Shown piece after piece: positions 62,945 through 64,000 of a stretch of DNA of 64,000 bases. Origin of the DNA: Chiloscyllium plagiosum. Lineage: Eukaryota. The notes under the pieces were generated by a model. That model did not search any database and was not told where the DNA came from. It saw nothing but the letters and a program-made list of their open reading frames with translations. The stretch's first letter is position 1; each line of letters begins with the position of its first letter. A program made the position numbers and the translations under genes. The DNA lies in assembly GCF_004010195.1 (NCBI RefSeq), contig NC_057751.1:8236404-8300403 (forward strand), written 5' to 3'.

Positions 62945-64000
62945 GAATGTCTAATACAGGGAGAACTCTTAGATCTTCCACAATCGACAACTTTGGTAAG
63001 TTGGTACCAATGGCATAGGTAAGAAGAGGGATGGAGTCCTGAAGGCTGAATTTGGGGAGTTTGGAGCCAAATTGAAAACCAGGATCTCAAAAGGTAGTCA
63101 TCTTCAGATTACTACCTGTGCCACATGCTATTTAGGCTAGGAACTGGCAGACTAGGCAGTTTGATACGTGGCTGGGGAGGGAGGGCCTTAGATTTCTGAA
63201 TAATGTGGACCATTTCTGGGCAAGGTAGGACCTGTTCAGGATGGACAGTCTTTACCCAAAGCGACGGCACCAACATTCTTGCGGGTGATTTTGCTAGCTT
63301 TGTTGGGTGGTCTTTAAACTAGTTTGGCAATGGGATGGGAACTGAAGTGGAGGATCTGAGTTAGCTATAATCAGTGAGGGCTTAAGGGAAAAGAGAATCA
63401 AGATAGTAAATAAAAAGCAAGAAGCAGCTGAGCAGTGCAGCACTTAGATTAGTGCAAACCACATAGTCACAGAAAAGAGCGAGAATGCTTGAAAACAAAG
63501 GTTCCTCTGGTGAAGGTGTTACAATTCAAGAAGAAAGCATTAAAAACTAGCATGAGGGCACTTTACCTGGTAAATTAGTTGACATCACAAATCATCATGA
63601 ATGAGTATGAATTCATGCCCATTACAGAGACATAGCTGCAGGGTGGTCACGACTGGGAGTTAAATATCCAGGGGCATCAGACTATTTGGAAGGCCAGATA
63701 GAAAGGAAAGGGAGGTGGTGTAGCTCTGATAATTTGAGGACAACATCGGGGCGGCAGTGAGAAATGACGTCGGTTCGATGGAGAAAAAGGTTGAATCAAT
63801 TTGGGTGGAAATTTGAAATAGTAAGGGAGAAAAACACTGATTGACGTAGTCTGTAGGCCACCAAATAATAACATCATGGTGGGGCAGTCAATAAACAAAG
63901 AAATAACTGATGCATATCGAAATGGTACTACAATTGTCATGGGGGATTTTAGTCTACATATTGATTGGTCCAACCAAGTCAGTTAAGGTAGCCTTGAGGA
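62945..64000 (+). mobile_element. Decayed CR1-clade LINE (ORF1 end and ORF2 APE), running off the window
   Basis: GTNGIG-like ORF1 motif; APE motifs ITET*L, VVCRPPN, IVMGDFSLHIDW. Confidence 0.8.

Noticed and set aside
1..64000. CRISPR array or prokaryotic operon
   Set aside because: Repeats are dispersed, in both orientations and without regular spacers; the window is vertebrate retroelement-rich DNA

Overview
Repeat-dense vertebrate non-coding DNA, most likely from a shark or other cartilaginous fish (inferred from HE1-type V-SINEs, HER1/CR1-type LINEs and DeuSINE/SacSINE1-like remnants). I found no intact host protein-coding gene; every recognisable ORF is a decayed retroelement fragment (CR1 esterase/APE/RT, Penelope GIY-YIG, Rex1/Babar). 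There is one assembly gap (10257-10435). The main signal is about 20 minimal type I hammerhead-ribozyme (HHR) motifs or remnants from at least four Penelope-like element (PLE) families. Most lie in short non-coding insertions (about 90-420 bp) with 12-17 bp target-site duplications (TSDs), often as back-to-back inverted pairs joined at the ribozyme. The families covary structurally: a U3-A8 core replacing C3-G8, palindromic stem III ACGU vs AGCU, different stem I and II pairs, and a helix pairing the body with the 3' tail. HHRs in PLEs are established; the variant core, the tiny ribozyme-plus-tail insertions and the downstream fold are the parts worth testing. Repeat boundaries were read by eye and are approximate unless a TSD is quoted.
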